From an uncultured virus (IMG/VR IMGVR_UViG_3300042975_000104) (taxonomy: Duplodnaviria > Heunggongvirae > Uroviricota > Caudoviricetes), in IMG/VR virus record IMGVR_UViG_3300042975_000104: a stretch of DNA of 64,000 nt. The stretch is one strand, 5' to 3'. Positions 48,303-57,847 of this stretch are shown one piece after another; the first letter of the stretch is position 1, and every line of letters begins with the position of its first letter. The notes below the pieces were generated by a model. The model had not been told where the DNA came from and made no database searches. It saw only the letters and a program-made list of their open reading frames with translations. The translations under genes were made by a program, and so were the position numbers.

Positions 48303-49929
48303 ACATTTTATCCACACATAGATTCAATTTTTCTTTATAGCTGGAGTTAATTTTCCCTTCAGCTATAATTTTTTTAACTATTGAAATTGCTTCTTGGGCT
48401 GCTTCCGTATCATCAAAGGGGATAGGAAATTCTTCAACGTACTGAGTTTGATATCTCCGCTTTCCTGAATATAATTTAGTATTAAATTTAATATCATAAT
48501 ATTTTTCAATAAAATTACTGTTTGCTATAGCTAACGCCAAGTATATGATTTTTTCTGGAACTTCATCATTTATGTCAATCCAATAGCAGTCCCCATTTAC
48601 AATAGCACCAGTTTCATCCAACCAAAACTCTGGCTCCTTAGAAATATCTTTAAAAACAATTTTCCGATGTTTCCAAAATGCTGGGTTTTGCGGAACCCAG
48701 ATTTCATACCAATTACGATGTGCCTTTAAAACATAGTTCCTTCCTGATAATTGTTCATAATACCCCATTAAATATTTTTTGGCATTAGGATAATCAGCTA
48801 AATCATATGCTATTCTTTTTCCATCCTTTACAGTATGAGTATATAGTACCATCCAATGTGGTTCTCTTTTTCCTACAATGTGGCCAGCATTTCTATGAGT
48901 AATTAGCGGGCGTAATAGTTCAATGCTTGATTTTTCTCCAGTCCAATCATCACCGATAAATACATTATCAGCCGTAGTTTTTATGCCTACACGAACTTTT
49001 CCAATATCAGAAAATTTCATTGCAGTATTCTTTTGAACTGTTTCCAGCCATTTTTTATCCTGATTGGAAACTAAAGTCCATATTTCATTTAATGCTGTAG
49101 TGTTTAAATTTCCTTGCCTAAACTTATAACAATGACCATCTGCTAAAGCATAATTACCTGTATTATAAATTTCATCAAAAACGCTATTTATCCTTCGATA
49201 CGCATCGCTTTTTTCCATTTCATATACAGATGTAAATTTTACATCTTGGGGATCATTAGTAGTTCCAAGAGAAAATATTAAAATACAAGGCAAAACGGCA
49301 GCCGCAAATAATTTGGTATCCCCTAGATCAGTTATTTGACGAATATCATAATTATTAAGCATATAATTTCTTACAGAACATCCAGCTTTAATTGTTAGAA
49401 ATTTATTGGATGTAATATATCCAGCAATCCCTTTTTCTTTTAGGACCTGTTTTGTGCATACTAAAAAAGCATAATATATGTCTACTCTGCCTGTCAGTTG
49501 TAATCTTTCAGCAATTTTTTGGGCTTTTTCACTACCTAATATCTGAGTGCGAATATACGGCGGATTTGCAATTACAAAGTCAAATTTCTCATTACTATCT
49601 TTCCCAATACGGTCAAAAAAATCACAACATTGTATATCAACCTCAACATCTGGAAACCGTTTCTGTAAAGCAATTTGTGTCTTTTTTGCAACATCTATAT
49701 CGGTTTCATATCCTTTTGCAATTATTTTCTTTCCAATGGAATGTAGTCTATTAATCAACGCAATTAATAATGTTCCTTCTCCTACAGCTGGATCTAATAT
49801 TTTTACGGACTCCTCATCACACTGACCGTATTTAATCATTTCTCCTGCTACATAATTTGCCATTTGATAAGGGGTATACACTACGCCATTCTGTTTATTT
49901 TTGCTCTCATTTTTATATCTTGTTGCCAT
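48292..49929 (-). CDS. N6-adenine DNA methyltransferase, gamma class (TaqI/Eco57I-like)
   Basis: GVVYTP, LDPAVGEG, IANPPY, TaqI-C-like C-terminus. Confidence 0.93.
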   Translation of the reverse strand: MATRYKNESKNKQNGVVYTPYQMANYVAGEMIKYGQCDEESVKILDPAVGEGTLLIALINRLHSIGKKIIAKGYETDIDVAKKTQIALQKRFPDVEVDIQCCDFFDRIGKDSNEKFDFVIANPPYIRTQILGSEKAQKIAERLQLTGRVDIYYAFLVCTKQVLKEKGIAGYITSNKFLTIKAGCSVRNYMLNNYDIRQITDLGDTKLFAAAVLPCILIFSLGTTNDPQDVKFTSVYEMEKSDAYRRINSVFDEIYNTGNYALADGHCYKFRQGNLNTTALNEIWTLVSNQDKKWLETVQKNTAMKFSDIGKVRVGIKTTADNVFIGDDWTGEKSSIELLRPLITHRNAGHIVGKREPHWMVLYTHTVKDGKRIAYDLADYPNAKKYLMGYYEQLSGRNYVLKAHRNWYEIWVPQNPAFWKHRKIVFKDISKEPEFWLDETGAIVNGDCYWIDINDEVPEKIIYLALAIANSNFIEKYYDIKFNTKLYSGKRRYQTQYVEEFPIPFDDTEAAQEAISIVKKIIAEGKINSSYKEKLNLCVDKMFNY

Positions 49930-50096
49930 AATAATTCCCTTCTTAACTCACAAATAATTTATGGAATTCCCCAAACTATATAGTTCTATAACAGCAGTAC
50001 ATTATCATTATTTTAAATCAGTTACAAAATAATGGCAAGAAAAACTATTAAGACTAAACTAAAAATTGTTTTCATTTACTTTAGGAGGTTCGTAAA

Positions 50097-50690
50097 ATGA
50101 AAAAGATTTGTCTACTCATCATTCTTTTATTTTATCTTCTATTTTCATCATCAGCTTTTGCAATAGATACTCATTGGGTTTATGCAGGCCGATTTGGCCT
50201 TTTAGTACACTGCCCAGTTCCACACAATTTAGATATGTATGTAATTAATCATTTGACAACGTTTAGAGGGACAGCTTCTTTTCCTGGTCCCGAAAGCCAA
50301 TTACCGTATGACGTCTATTATAAGCACGACCATTCGACAGATACAGGAGATAACCAGCATGAATATAATAATCACAATTTCCAATTTCAAGTAAAAATCG
50401 TCCCACTCAACATATTTGGAAAAACAATAGGGTCAGGAGTTTCTGCTGGAACAATCGTATGCAACTATAAAATAGCCGCAAAAGGCTCCTATCGTATAGT
50501 TATGAAAAGTTATAAGATATTCGACACGGAAACGCACCAACAACTTTTTAACGCTGAAGGTGATTTTGATGCTGAGCAATTATACAAGGACTCCGCCGCA
50601 GAAACTATCTTAAAGGAAAGTGCTCCCCATCCGGTATTCGCAGGATTAGCTAATCAATTAAATGGCGCTGAATATTATAAATATAGGTAA
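50097..50690 (+). CDS. Secreted hypothetical protein (moron)
   Basis: MKK-hydrophobic-AFA signal peptide, AGGAGG RBS, opposite strand, downstream hairpin 50694-50740. Confidence 0.8.
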   Translation: MKKICLLIILLFYLLFSSSAFAIDTHWVYAGRFGLLVHCPVPHNLDMYVINHLTTFRGTASFPGPESQLPYDVYYKHDHSTDTGDNQHEYNNHNFQFQVKIVPLNIFGKTIGSGVSAGTIVCNYKIAAKGSYRIVMKSYKIFDTETHQQLFNAEGDFDAEQLYKDSAAETILKESAPHPVFAGLANQLNGAEYYKYR

Positions 50691-50740
50691 TAGCAAAAGC
50701 CGGTGCAGAGCATCTACCTGATGCCCCGTACCGGCTTTTC

Positions 50741-51013
50741 TCATGCAATCTTCTGTTTTATGTCAACTACAATAGCTTTAACCGCCTGCTGCATCAAGGT
50801 GATGTACAGCCTGTTCCGAATCTTTACCCACCAGCTGGTCGTGGTCTGGATTTCCGTTTCCAGCGGGTCTGTGAGATTCTTCATCTGTGCTTCCACTAGT
50901 TTCTGTACATCGTCCAGGTCAATGGATTTGATAGCTGCTTCGGCTTCACTCTTGGCAAAGTCTACGACGGCATCGGCGACGGCTTTCTTGATTTCTTCAC
51001 GGTTCATAGTCAT
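50741..51013 (-). CDS. Small helical protein downstream of endolysin
   Basis: Overlaps the amidase stop; similar to 12913-13206. Confidence 0.75.
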   Translation of the reverse strand: MTMNREEIKKAVADAVVDFAKSEAEAAIKSIDLDDVQKLVEAQMKNLTDPLETEIQTTTSWWVKIRNRLYITLMQQAVKAIVVDIKQKIA

Positions 51014-51567
51014 TTACCTCCCAAGATCAGTTGTTCATAATCAGTGACACCCCGGGCTACTGCTCTGGCCAGGGCATCTTGGGCATTCGCCAATATTTCT
51101 TCATCGCCGGGATTGGTGATGAAGGCCAGCTCGATCAGGATGGCAGGCATATCGGTGTTGGTCAGGACATACAGTCCGTTGACGCCGGGCGTTGCAATCT
51201 TCACGCCCCGGTTAGTGGTATCGAGGGCATCGACCAGTTGGCTCTGGATGCAGTTGGCCAGCATGCTGCCACGGTAACTGCCGGCACAGGCCCAGATTTC
51301 TGTGCCGTTGGCTTCTTCGGCTTCAGCGGCATTGCAGTGGACGGACACGAAGATGTCGGCATCACTGCTATTGGCTGTTTCGCAAATTTCATACAGGCTG
51401 TCGGACTGAAGCAGTTCTGTTTCTACGCCTGCCGCATTTAGATAGCTTGCAGCGGATTTGCCAACGGCCAATGCTACATCACACTCGCGCAGACCCGTTT
51501 CTTCATTGACGGCACCCGGGTCGGGATTGCCGTTCGGCGCATGGCCGGGATTCAGGAATACTTTCAT
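51010..51567 (-). CDS. Endolysin, N-acetylmuramoyl-L-alanine amidase (Amidase_3)
   Basis: LNPGH, FVSVHCNA, MPAILIELAFITN. Confidence 0.93.
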   Translation of the reverse strand: MKVFLNPGHAPNGNPDPGAVNEETGLRECDVALAVGKSAASYLNAAGVETELLQSDSLYEICETANSSDADIFVSVHCNAAEAEEANGTEIWACAGSYRGSMLANCIQSQLVDALDTTNRGVKIATPGVNGLYVLTNTDMPAILIELAFITNPGDEEILANAQDALARAVARGVTDYEQLILGGK

Positions 51568-51743
51568 GTTTTTTCTTCTCCTTTCTGATGCACGGTGGAC
51601 TTCACAGTGCCGCCGATGTAACCGAGCAAGCCAGAGGCGATGGACATGGCCAACTCGTTGAGGGTATAAAAAATCGCCATAATCAGTGCTGTGACCAGCC
51701 CGATGATGACGATGCAGTCGGGAATATTCACTTTCTCAAACAT
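51564..51743 (-). CDS. Putative holin (59 aa, two hydrophobic segments)
   Basis: MFEKVNIPDCIVIIGLVTALIMAIF...LAMSIASGLLGYIGG; ATGA overlap with the amidase. Confidence 0.7.
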   Translation of the reverse strand: MFEKVNIPDCIVIIGLVTALIMAIFYTLNELAMSIASGLLGYIGGTVKSTVHQKGEEKT

Positions 51744-51746
51744 GGC

Positions 51747-52913
51747 TTACACCGCCTTCGGCGTAACATTCACGGTGCCGTCCTTACGGACGATGTCGAA
51801 GTCTTCCAGTGCCAGAATGCGGTCTGCCGCCGCACTCCAGTGGCTGTTCGTCTTATAGGCATCCAAAGCGGCTCTGGGAACCAGAACCTTTGTCTGCGCC
51901 GGGATGCCGCGTTCGGCATGATCTGCACTCTCTACGACAAAATCTACATTGGCATTGTCCAGGACAAGGTATTCCAGGTTACTGCAGGTAGAAAAGGTAT
52001 GATACGTATTGACTTCCTCCGCCCCAATATTGCTCAAAGTGTCAAAATACACGCATTTCAGGCTCGTGCAGTAGGCAAACAGGCTGTAAATCGCGTTAAT
52101 ATTCCCAAACCCGCTCATGTCAGCGGATTCCAAATAGGTATTACCCAAAAAAGTTGATCCCAGATCCGTAATATTGTTTTTCGTGACATCGCTAAGATCC
52201 ACACAAATTTCATCGCAACCAATCCCTGCCTGATTAGCCGTTGAGGGTGTCAGCAACTGATGAAGGGAAGTCGTGTCATGAGTAACATCCACCACATAAA
52301 GGCTGCTGCCCGACGCAACCTTGGATTTAGATATCAGCGGACTGTCCAAAGACTCATCTATATAAAGCTTGTTCTGATACAGATATACCGGCGTATATCC
52401 CGCTGGAACATTAATATCGGTCGAAAGTTCTGTAGCCGCTGCCGCAGTGATGACCACATCGCCACAAATCAGGCCATTTTTCAAAGTTCCTGATATAGAA
52501 GCCTTACCACCAATCCAGCCTTTATCGCCCATTGTCTTGATTTGGTATGCATATCCTAGAGTCACACTCGCTACAGATGTCAGACTCTGGGACATACTGC
52601 CAGACCGTTCCAGAGAAGCGACCGAGTCGATGATCTTTGGCGTAAAGACCGCAGAAATCGTCTGATGTTCTGATTGCTGAATAGTGACCTGGTATGGTAC
52701 CGATTCTGTTGTCGTGCCACCGTTTCCCGTACTGGTTCCTTCTGTATAATTTCCATCGGCATCATAAAATTTCTTGCCCTTGGCTACATCAGAAGCTTTT
52801 GCCGTCGTATTAGATACTTCACAGAATCGGGCCTTCCCGCCACTTTTCAGCGGAATCAGGACAGCCGGCACTTCACTGTAGCTGTTTCCGGCCAGTTTTA
52901 CATCTACCTTCAT
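51747..52913 (-). CDS. Putative tail fibre/receptor-binding protein with LRR(BspA)-like C-terminus
   Basis: TTAKASDVAKGKKFY fibre repeat; LFAYCTSLK, FSTCSNL, VP...LDAYK...W. Confidence 0.6.
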   Translation of the reverse strand: MKVDVKLAGNSYSEVPAVLIPLKSGGKARFCEVSNTTAKASDVAKGKKFYDADGNYTEGTSTGNGGTTTESVPYQVTIQQSEHQTISAVFTPKIIDSVASLERSGSMSQSLTSVASVTLGYAYQIKTMGDKGWIGGKASISGTLKNGLICGDVVITAAAATELSTDINVPAGYTPVYLYQNKLYIDESLDSPLISKSKVASGSSLYVVDVTHDTTSLHQLLTPSTANQAGIGCDEICVDLSDVTKNNITDLGSTFLGNTYLESADMSGFGNINAIYSLFAYCTSLKCVYFDTLSNIGAEEVNTYHTFSTCSNLEYLVLDNANVDFVVESADHAERGIPAQTKVLVPRAALDAYKTNSHWSAAADRILALEDFDIVRKDGTVNVTPKAV

Positions 52914-52926
52914 GCCCTCGCCTCCT

Positions 52927-53433
52927 TTATTCGATAGTCAGCACCTTGGTCAGGCTGTCCTGAGATACCGTCACCGTCGTCAGACTGCCCGTCACTTTAG
53001 TCCCGTTGACGTAGGCTGTCTTGCCATTGATGATAGTGCCGGCTGCTGCCGTGGCATCACTGGTATCGACGACACTGGATTTGCCGGACACGCCAAGTAC
53101 AGTCGCGCCAGCCTTGATGTTCCCACTGACTAATTTAGCCTGTTCCTCGCTGCTGATGCGTACCGTACCCTTGCCGTTATGGAAGCCAGCGGGTATGGCA
53201 TATGTACCATCGACCTTGCTGATGCTGCCGTTGACCGCCTCGTTATTGGCCATGGAACCAGCAACAAAGCCGTTCCCGATAAACGCAGACTTCCCTGTCA
53301 GGATGTCCCCGGATGCCGCCGTGGCCCCGGTCGTGTCATAAAAGACAGCCGTCCCCTGTCCTTCTGCCAGGGGAATGGAAACCTGCGGTACTTCCGCATA
53401 AACGACAGAATTGATTTTTACGTTTTTCGCCAT
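52927..53433 (-). CDS. Tail fibre-like protein
   Basis: ATAASGDILTGKSAF, TIPAGFHNG-like and GNIKAGATVLGV repeats. Confidence 0.7.
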   Translation of the reverse strand: MAKNVKINSVVYAEVPQVSIPLAEGQGTAVFYDTTGATAASGDILTGKSAFIGNGFVAGSMANNEAVNGSISKVDGTYAIPAGFHNGKGTVRISSEEQAKLVSGNIKAGATVLGVSGKSSVVDTSDATAAAGTIINGKTAYVNGTKVTGSLTTVTVSQDSLTKVLTIE

Positions 53434-53446
53434 TCTGATTGCTCCT

Positions 53447-53677
53447 TTACTCGACTTTCAACTCATAACCATTAAAGCTGATCCTGCCATAGTTCGACGG
53501 GATGGCAGCTATCGTTACCGACCGCATGGCCGTGAATCCCTTATCGGGCATGATGACCTGCTCCACATCACTGGGAATGATTTGTTTTTCCTGATACGCC
53601 CCTGACGGCTTCTGCGGCAGAGAAAGCACTCCGCAGAGTGTGCTTTTCCCTTCCAGTTTTCCTTTATATCGTTCCAT
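53447..53677 (-). CDS. Small tail-associated protein
   Basis: Q.I.PD.G...VTI.AIP motif; operon position. Confidence 0.6.
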   Translation of the reverse strand: MERYKGKLEGKSTLCGVLSLPQKPSGAYQEKQIIPSDVEQVIMPDKGFTAMRSVTIAAIPSNYGRISFNGYELKVE

Positions 53678-54032
53678 GGGCCGTCACCTCCCCGGTCACA
53701 ATAAACGGGCTGGGCGGGATAACTGTATCCGTATAGCCGGAAACCAGCACTAATTCCACATCGTACCGATAGGCACCGAAGGGAAGTGATGCTGTATCTT
53801 CCGGCAACAAAAGCAAAAGGCAGTCGCTTTCCTGACGTATGATGCCGTCATCCAGGGTTTTCACCACCAATGGGATTTCATCAGAAAGCTCCCGTTTGAC
53901 GGTAAATGTAAGCCGGTCATCCGCTCCCGGCACAAACGGTTTTCCCGTCACCCGGTCACGGATGGTCAGCGTAATCTGTGCCGAATCCCCACGGGTAATG
54001 GAAATCCGGTTCCGAATGACTGAAAAGCCCAT
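53664..54032 (-). CDS. BppU-like tail/baseplate accessory protein
   Basis: ITRGDS, FTVK, PEDTASL..G.Y.YDVE. Confidence 0.65.
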   Translation of the reverse strand: MGFSVIRNRISITRGDSAQITLTIRDRVTGKPFVPGADDRLTFTVKRELSDEIPLVVKTLDDGIIRQESDCLLLLLPEDTASLPFGAYRYDVELVLVSGYTDTVIPPSPFIVTGEVTAHGTI

Positions 54033-54044
54033 CCTGCCACCTCC

Positions 54045-54311
54045 TTATTCAATCTGCCGCTGCTCGATTACATCCAGACGATGCCGCACATGATCTGTTG
54101 CCTCCTCCACACGGGAAAGGCGTTCTGCCATCTCCTGGCGCTTGGTTTCCGTTTCAGAAAGCTGGCGCCGCAGATGGTCAATGCACTCCTGCAGGCTCCG
54201 CACTGACTGGTTCAGCGGCTTGATGACGCTAAAGTTGAAAATGATGCCGCAAAGCATCAGGACGGATACCAAAGAACCCACCATCTGTACCCATTCAACC
54301 ATATTTCTCAC
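54045..54311 (-). CDS. Membrane-anchored coiled-coil protein
   Basis: N-terminal TM helix followed by heptad coiled coil. Confidence 0.65.
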   Translation of the reverse strand: MRNMVEWVQMVGSLVSVLMLCGIIFNFSVIKPLNQSVRSLQECIDHLRRQLSETETKRQEMAERLSRVEEATDHVRHRLDVIEQRQIE

Positions 54312-54314
54312 CTC

Positions 54315-55370
54315 CTAGCCTTTTCGCTGGAACATGTAAACCACGAGGGATGGCTGCATGTTATTGTGCGCCTGACCGTCACCAGCATTTTGTATTGTTA
54401 TACTGTGAGAATGTTTGCCATTGGATGATGTTGCCCCCGTCCAAGCTCTTGCAGCTTCGAATTTACCAATCCCCCAGGCCGCACCATCATTATTAGCAAT
54501 CCCATTTCCACCATGGCTGCCACCATAATAAAAAGCACCCTGAAAATATTTAGCATAGTCACTGTCATCGGTAAAAAATTGACCCGTAATATTCATGCTT
54601 CCCCGTGAATGGGTATGTTCCCCATTCTGGCTTATTGTTGCAGCGTGGTTGTGCATTGGCATTTCTGATCCCGCCAGAGGATGTCTTTCTTCGCCCAGCT
54701 TCTGTCCTGCAGTATACATGGTGCCACTGTCTGCTGCACCAGCACCGATTAAGCAGCGGCCCATGCCAATCGCTACCCAGGTAGTTCCCGGCCAATAATT
54801 GGCTGGATTTTTTCCATCCATAGAAAGGTAGATAGCGTTCAAAGGAAACGGGCACGCCTGGATCTTAGTTACCGCCTCCTCGTCCATATCGGCGTAGGTG
54901 ACCTTGCCCCAGCTGCCATTGCTGTGCAGAACCGTGTTCAATTTTCCCGCGGCTGGTGATGGAACCATGCCGCTCCGGCCGGCTGTCTTTTCGCCGCAGC
55001 CACTGAAATCAGGCAATGTGATGTCCTTTGTGCCATCAAACAGCACCCGGTGAATCTTCCGGCCTGTCTGCAATTTCGAAGCACTGGCCGCATTGCCGCT
55101 GATACCACTGGCATGGGCCTTGGCATCAGTCAGATGGGCGTTGATGTCAGCCGCCGTAGCGGAAATCCGTTCATAAAGCCGGGCGTCATTGCTGACCAGC
55201 TGGGACACCGTCTTGTTCTGCTGGTTGAATACCACCGGGTCTTCTGAAAGATACTGCGGAAACAGCACATCATAATCCAGGGTATTATCCACCGCTTCTG
55301 TGGGACGTACTTCCTGTCCGGCACGGTCAGGGAAATCCGCTGACCATTTCTCTTTGATATATTCAGCCAC
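54315..55370 (-). CDS. Tail fibre/baseplate protein (gp53/collar-like C-terminal domain)
   Basis: GNAASASKLQT, FDGTKDI, NPA..WPGTTW, EMPMHNH, HNNMQPSLVVYMFQR. Confidence 0.82.
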   Translation of the reverse strand: MAEYIKEKWSADFPDRAGQEVRPTEAVDNTLDYDVLFPQYLSEDPVVFNQQNKTVSQLVSNDARLYERISATAADINAHLTDAKAHASGISGNAASASKLQTGRKIHRVLFDGTKDITLPDFSGCGEKTAGRSGMVPSPAAGKLNTVLHSNGSWGKVTYADMDEEAVTKIQACPFPLNAIYLSMDGKNPANYWPGTTWVAIGMGRCLIGAGAADSGTMYTAGQKLGEERHPLAGSEMPMHNHAATISQNGEHTHSRGSMNITGQFFTDDSDYAKYFQGAFYYGGSHGGNGIANNDGAAWGIGKFEAARAWTGATSSNGKHSHSITIQNAGDGQAHNNMQPSLVVYMFQRKG

Positions 55371-55929
55371 TTGCCTTCACTCCTTTCCCGGATACGATGG
55401 TCGCCGTCGAGAACGTGGCTTCGCCATTCCAGTGAATCTTCCCGTTCCAGGAATATCCCAGGTAGATGGCATAGCCCAGATGAGCCGGCTTATAGATATC
55501 AAGCTGGTCAATCAGTTTCTGCAGCGTCTCCGTATCCTCGTCATTCATAATGCAGTACACCTTGAAATAATATTCTTCGTTCACTTCCTCGATATGCCCG
55601 ACGCTGTACAAATTGATGATGGAATTCATGAACTCCATCGTAGACACATCCACATGCTGCAGCTTAAAGAGAATCCGCTGCCTGCGGAATTCATCCGTGT
55701 CTTCTTCACTCCGTTTGATTCCCAGAAAAGATTCATAAAGCGGCAGCGCCCAGGTAGCCGTGTTCACGAAGAAATTGTCCGCCAAATCCTGCAAGGCCAG
55801 CCGCAAACGGTTATGCTCCGTGCTGCTGGTATCCGCCGCCTTTTTGAACATCGGATCTTTCCCCAGAAACTTCGGCAGATAGTCCAGGACATCAACTTCA
55901 CTTTGGCGCATCCATTCATTCGCTGACAA
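55363..55929 (-). CDS. Baseplate wedge protein (XkdU/DUF2313-like)
   Basis: FFVNTATWAL..YE..LG, RRQRI, YKPAHL. Confidence 0.85.
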   Translation of the reverse strand: MSANEWMRQSEVDVLDYLPKFLGKDPMFKKAADTSSTEHNRLRLALQDLADNFFVNTATWALPLYESFLGIKRSEEDTDEFRRQRILFKLQHVDVSTMEFMNSIINLYSVGHIEEVNEEYYFKVYCIMNDEDTETLQKLIDQLDIYKPAHLGYAIYLGYSWNGKIHWNGEATFSTATIVSGKGVKASG

Positions 55930-56983
55930 GGCTCAGCACCACCTTTCCGGCTACCGGAATCTGTTCATTGGTCAGGCTGATGTTCTCCGCCTTGCCGTTA
56001 AGTTTCAGGTTCCGATAATCTGTAATCCCGTTTACGCCCAGAATGAGCCGGCCAATCTGGGCCAGGCTGACATAAGACAAGCTGAATCCTGTATTCTTAA
56101 AATAGTTGGATACAGTTTCAGTCACGGATTCTGCATTCGCCGTTCCATATACCTCAGCCGTAATATCTACAGAAACGGGTGCCGGAGACACCACGGTCAC
56201 GGTAGCCCCGATAGGGCGCTGGGATTCAATATACTGGGCTACTTTCTGGATCAGCTCAGTAGAGGCCGATTCGTTCTCCGCCGTCACAATGATGACTTTC
56301 ACCGTGCCGTTCCCATTCCACAGCGGGATAACCTTGCAGTTCCCTACCCCGTCCACGGACATGGCCCAAGAGCGGTAATGGTTGGCGTTGCCGGAAGTAA
56401 TAGGCTGACGAACCCGGAACAGAAGCCTTGCCAATAATGCGGCATCCGTTTCTTCATCAGCCCCATCCGTGCATTTTGTCTGGTTGGTTACGCTATACAC
56501 ATTAGGGATGGAATAAGGGATTTCTGTAATCGTCCCTGATGCCACGTTCCCTTTTGCGCCTACGTCCGCTGCCTGGACAGCGATTTCCACTTCAGTTCCA
56601 TCCGCTGGAATCGTTGCGGATTCTGTCGTATAGAACCGCAGCCCGTCCTTGGTCTGAAACAGACTGCCACGGATGATGTAGGCCCCGGACTGTCCGGTAA
56701 CCGTCACTGTCCCATTGGCCTGCACGGCTTTTTTCCGCTGGATACCGAACTCCTCAGCCCGCAGCGTCAGATAGTCTCCCCAGGCTGTTTCGGCAAAAGC
56801 CGCGTCCCGCAGCATGGCCATCTCCGCATAGCTGTTCTCAAATTCCACAGCATTGGTATCAATCATGTCCCGGGCAAACGAGCCCTCGATAGCCGTCTTG
56901 TCCGTATCAGTCAGCGTGTGCAGGGTCTGCACCATGCGGCTTTCAATCTGGTCTTTAGTCTGGGCATCGAACAAATTGCTCAT
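55916..56983 (-). CDS. Baseplate J protein (XkdT-like)
   Basis: G.YL...A.EFGI.RK, GADEETD..L, SGN..HY..WA, GTVKV. Confidence 0.92.
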   Translation of the reverse strand: MSNLFDAQTKDQIESRMVQTLHTLTDTDKTAIEGSFARDMIDTNAVEFENSYAEMAMLRDAAFAETAWGDYLTLRAEEFGIQRKKAVQANGTVTVTGQSGAYIIRGSLFQTKDGLRFYTTESATIPADGTEVEIAVQAADVGAKGNVASGTITEIPYSIPNVYSVTNQTKCTDGADEETDAALLARLLFRVRQPITSGNANHYRSWAMSVDGVGNCKVIPLWNGNGTVKVIIVTAENESASTELIQKVAQYIESQRPIGATVTVVSPAPVSVDITAEVYGTANAESVTETVSNYFKNTGFSLSYVSLAQIGRLILGVNGITDYRNLKLNGKAENISLTNEQIPVAGKVVLSLVSE

Positions 56984-57435
56984 GCAAGGCTCCTTTCTGC
57001 GGTGACAGTCAGACTTTCATCGTTGTAAATGGATGTCACATCCACTAAAATAAACAAATCATCTTTCTCCCGCCGTTCCACATCTACCCGGTTGATCCGG
57101 GCAATATAGGGATTGATGGAAAGGCCCTCCCGGATGTTTTGGCGGATCTGGTCTGCCGTATAAATGTTGTTGGGCATCGTCCCCTGATATGGTTCGATGG
57201 TGATGCCGTATTCATCGTGATAGGCCAGATACCTGTACCGTTCTGTCATCAGAGCTTTATAAATCCACACCTTAAGGGCTTCGTCTTCCGTAACGGTAAT
57301 GTTGTTCCCGTTCTCGTCATAGCGGAACCGGTGTTTCTCGAAGTCATAACCGTATTCCGCAAGGAGCGGCAATGTTTCTCTGGCAGCAGCATTCTCTCCG
57401 GATGCCATTGCCACAAAAGGATTAGCCATAGCCAT
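56980..57435 (-). CDS. XkdS/DUF2634-like baseplate protein
   Basis: YDFE, EALKVWIYKALMTERYRY.AY...YG. Confidence 0.88.
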   Translation of the reverse strand: MAMANPFVAMASGENAAARETLPLLAEYGYDFEKHRFRYDENGNNITVTEDEALKVWIYKALMTERYRYLAYHDEYGITIEPYQGTMPNNIYTADQIRQNIREGLSINPYIARINRVDVERREKDDLFILVDVTSIYNDESLTVTAERSLA

Positions 57436-57841
57436 CCAACCTCACAATCTCGTCTAAAATCATATATTGCTGGATTTTTCCATTGACCAGCATGGGCATG
57501 ATGGCGACTTTCATGCCCGGCTTCAAGGTATCTGTGGTAATCACCGAATCGGTATAGTCGTTGTCAATCTCATGATTATGCGACTGGTAAGCCGCGTCCC
57601 CGCTGCCGCCCGCCCGGTTCTGGGTAGCCGATACCAGATATCCTTCGGCTGTCCGCCCATAGCCCGCCAGAAGGTAATGGGAAATCCACAGTTCCTCTTT
57701 CGTCAGGACGATGCCGTTGTATTTCACCTTGATGTCCGGCGGAGACTGGAGAATCTCTCCAATCTGGATGGACGGGCTATTACTGCTTTTTGATACCTGC
57801 TCCATCAGGTTCAGAAGGCTGATATATGGATTTTTCTGCAT
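57422..57841 (-). CDS. XkdR/DUF2577-like spike protein
   Basis: IG.I...PP.I, HNH, LKPG.KV; operon position. Confidence 0.8.
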   Translation of the reverse strand: MQKNPYISLLNLMEQVSKSSNSPSIQIGEILQSPPDIKVKYNGIVLTKEELWISHYLLAGYGRTAEGYLVSATQNRAGGSGDAAYQSHNHEIDNDYTDSVITTDTLKPGMKVAIMPMLVNGKIQQYMILDEIVRLDGYG

Positions 57842-57847
57842 CTCCCG

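Noticed and set aside
51747..55370. Diversity-generating retroelement or shufflon acting on tail fibres
   Set aside because: No reverse transcriptase, template/variable repeat pair or inverted cassettes seen in the window
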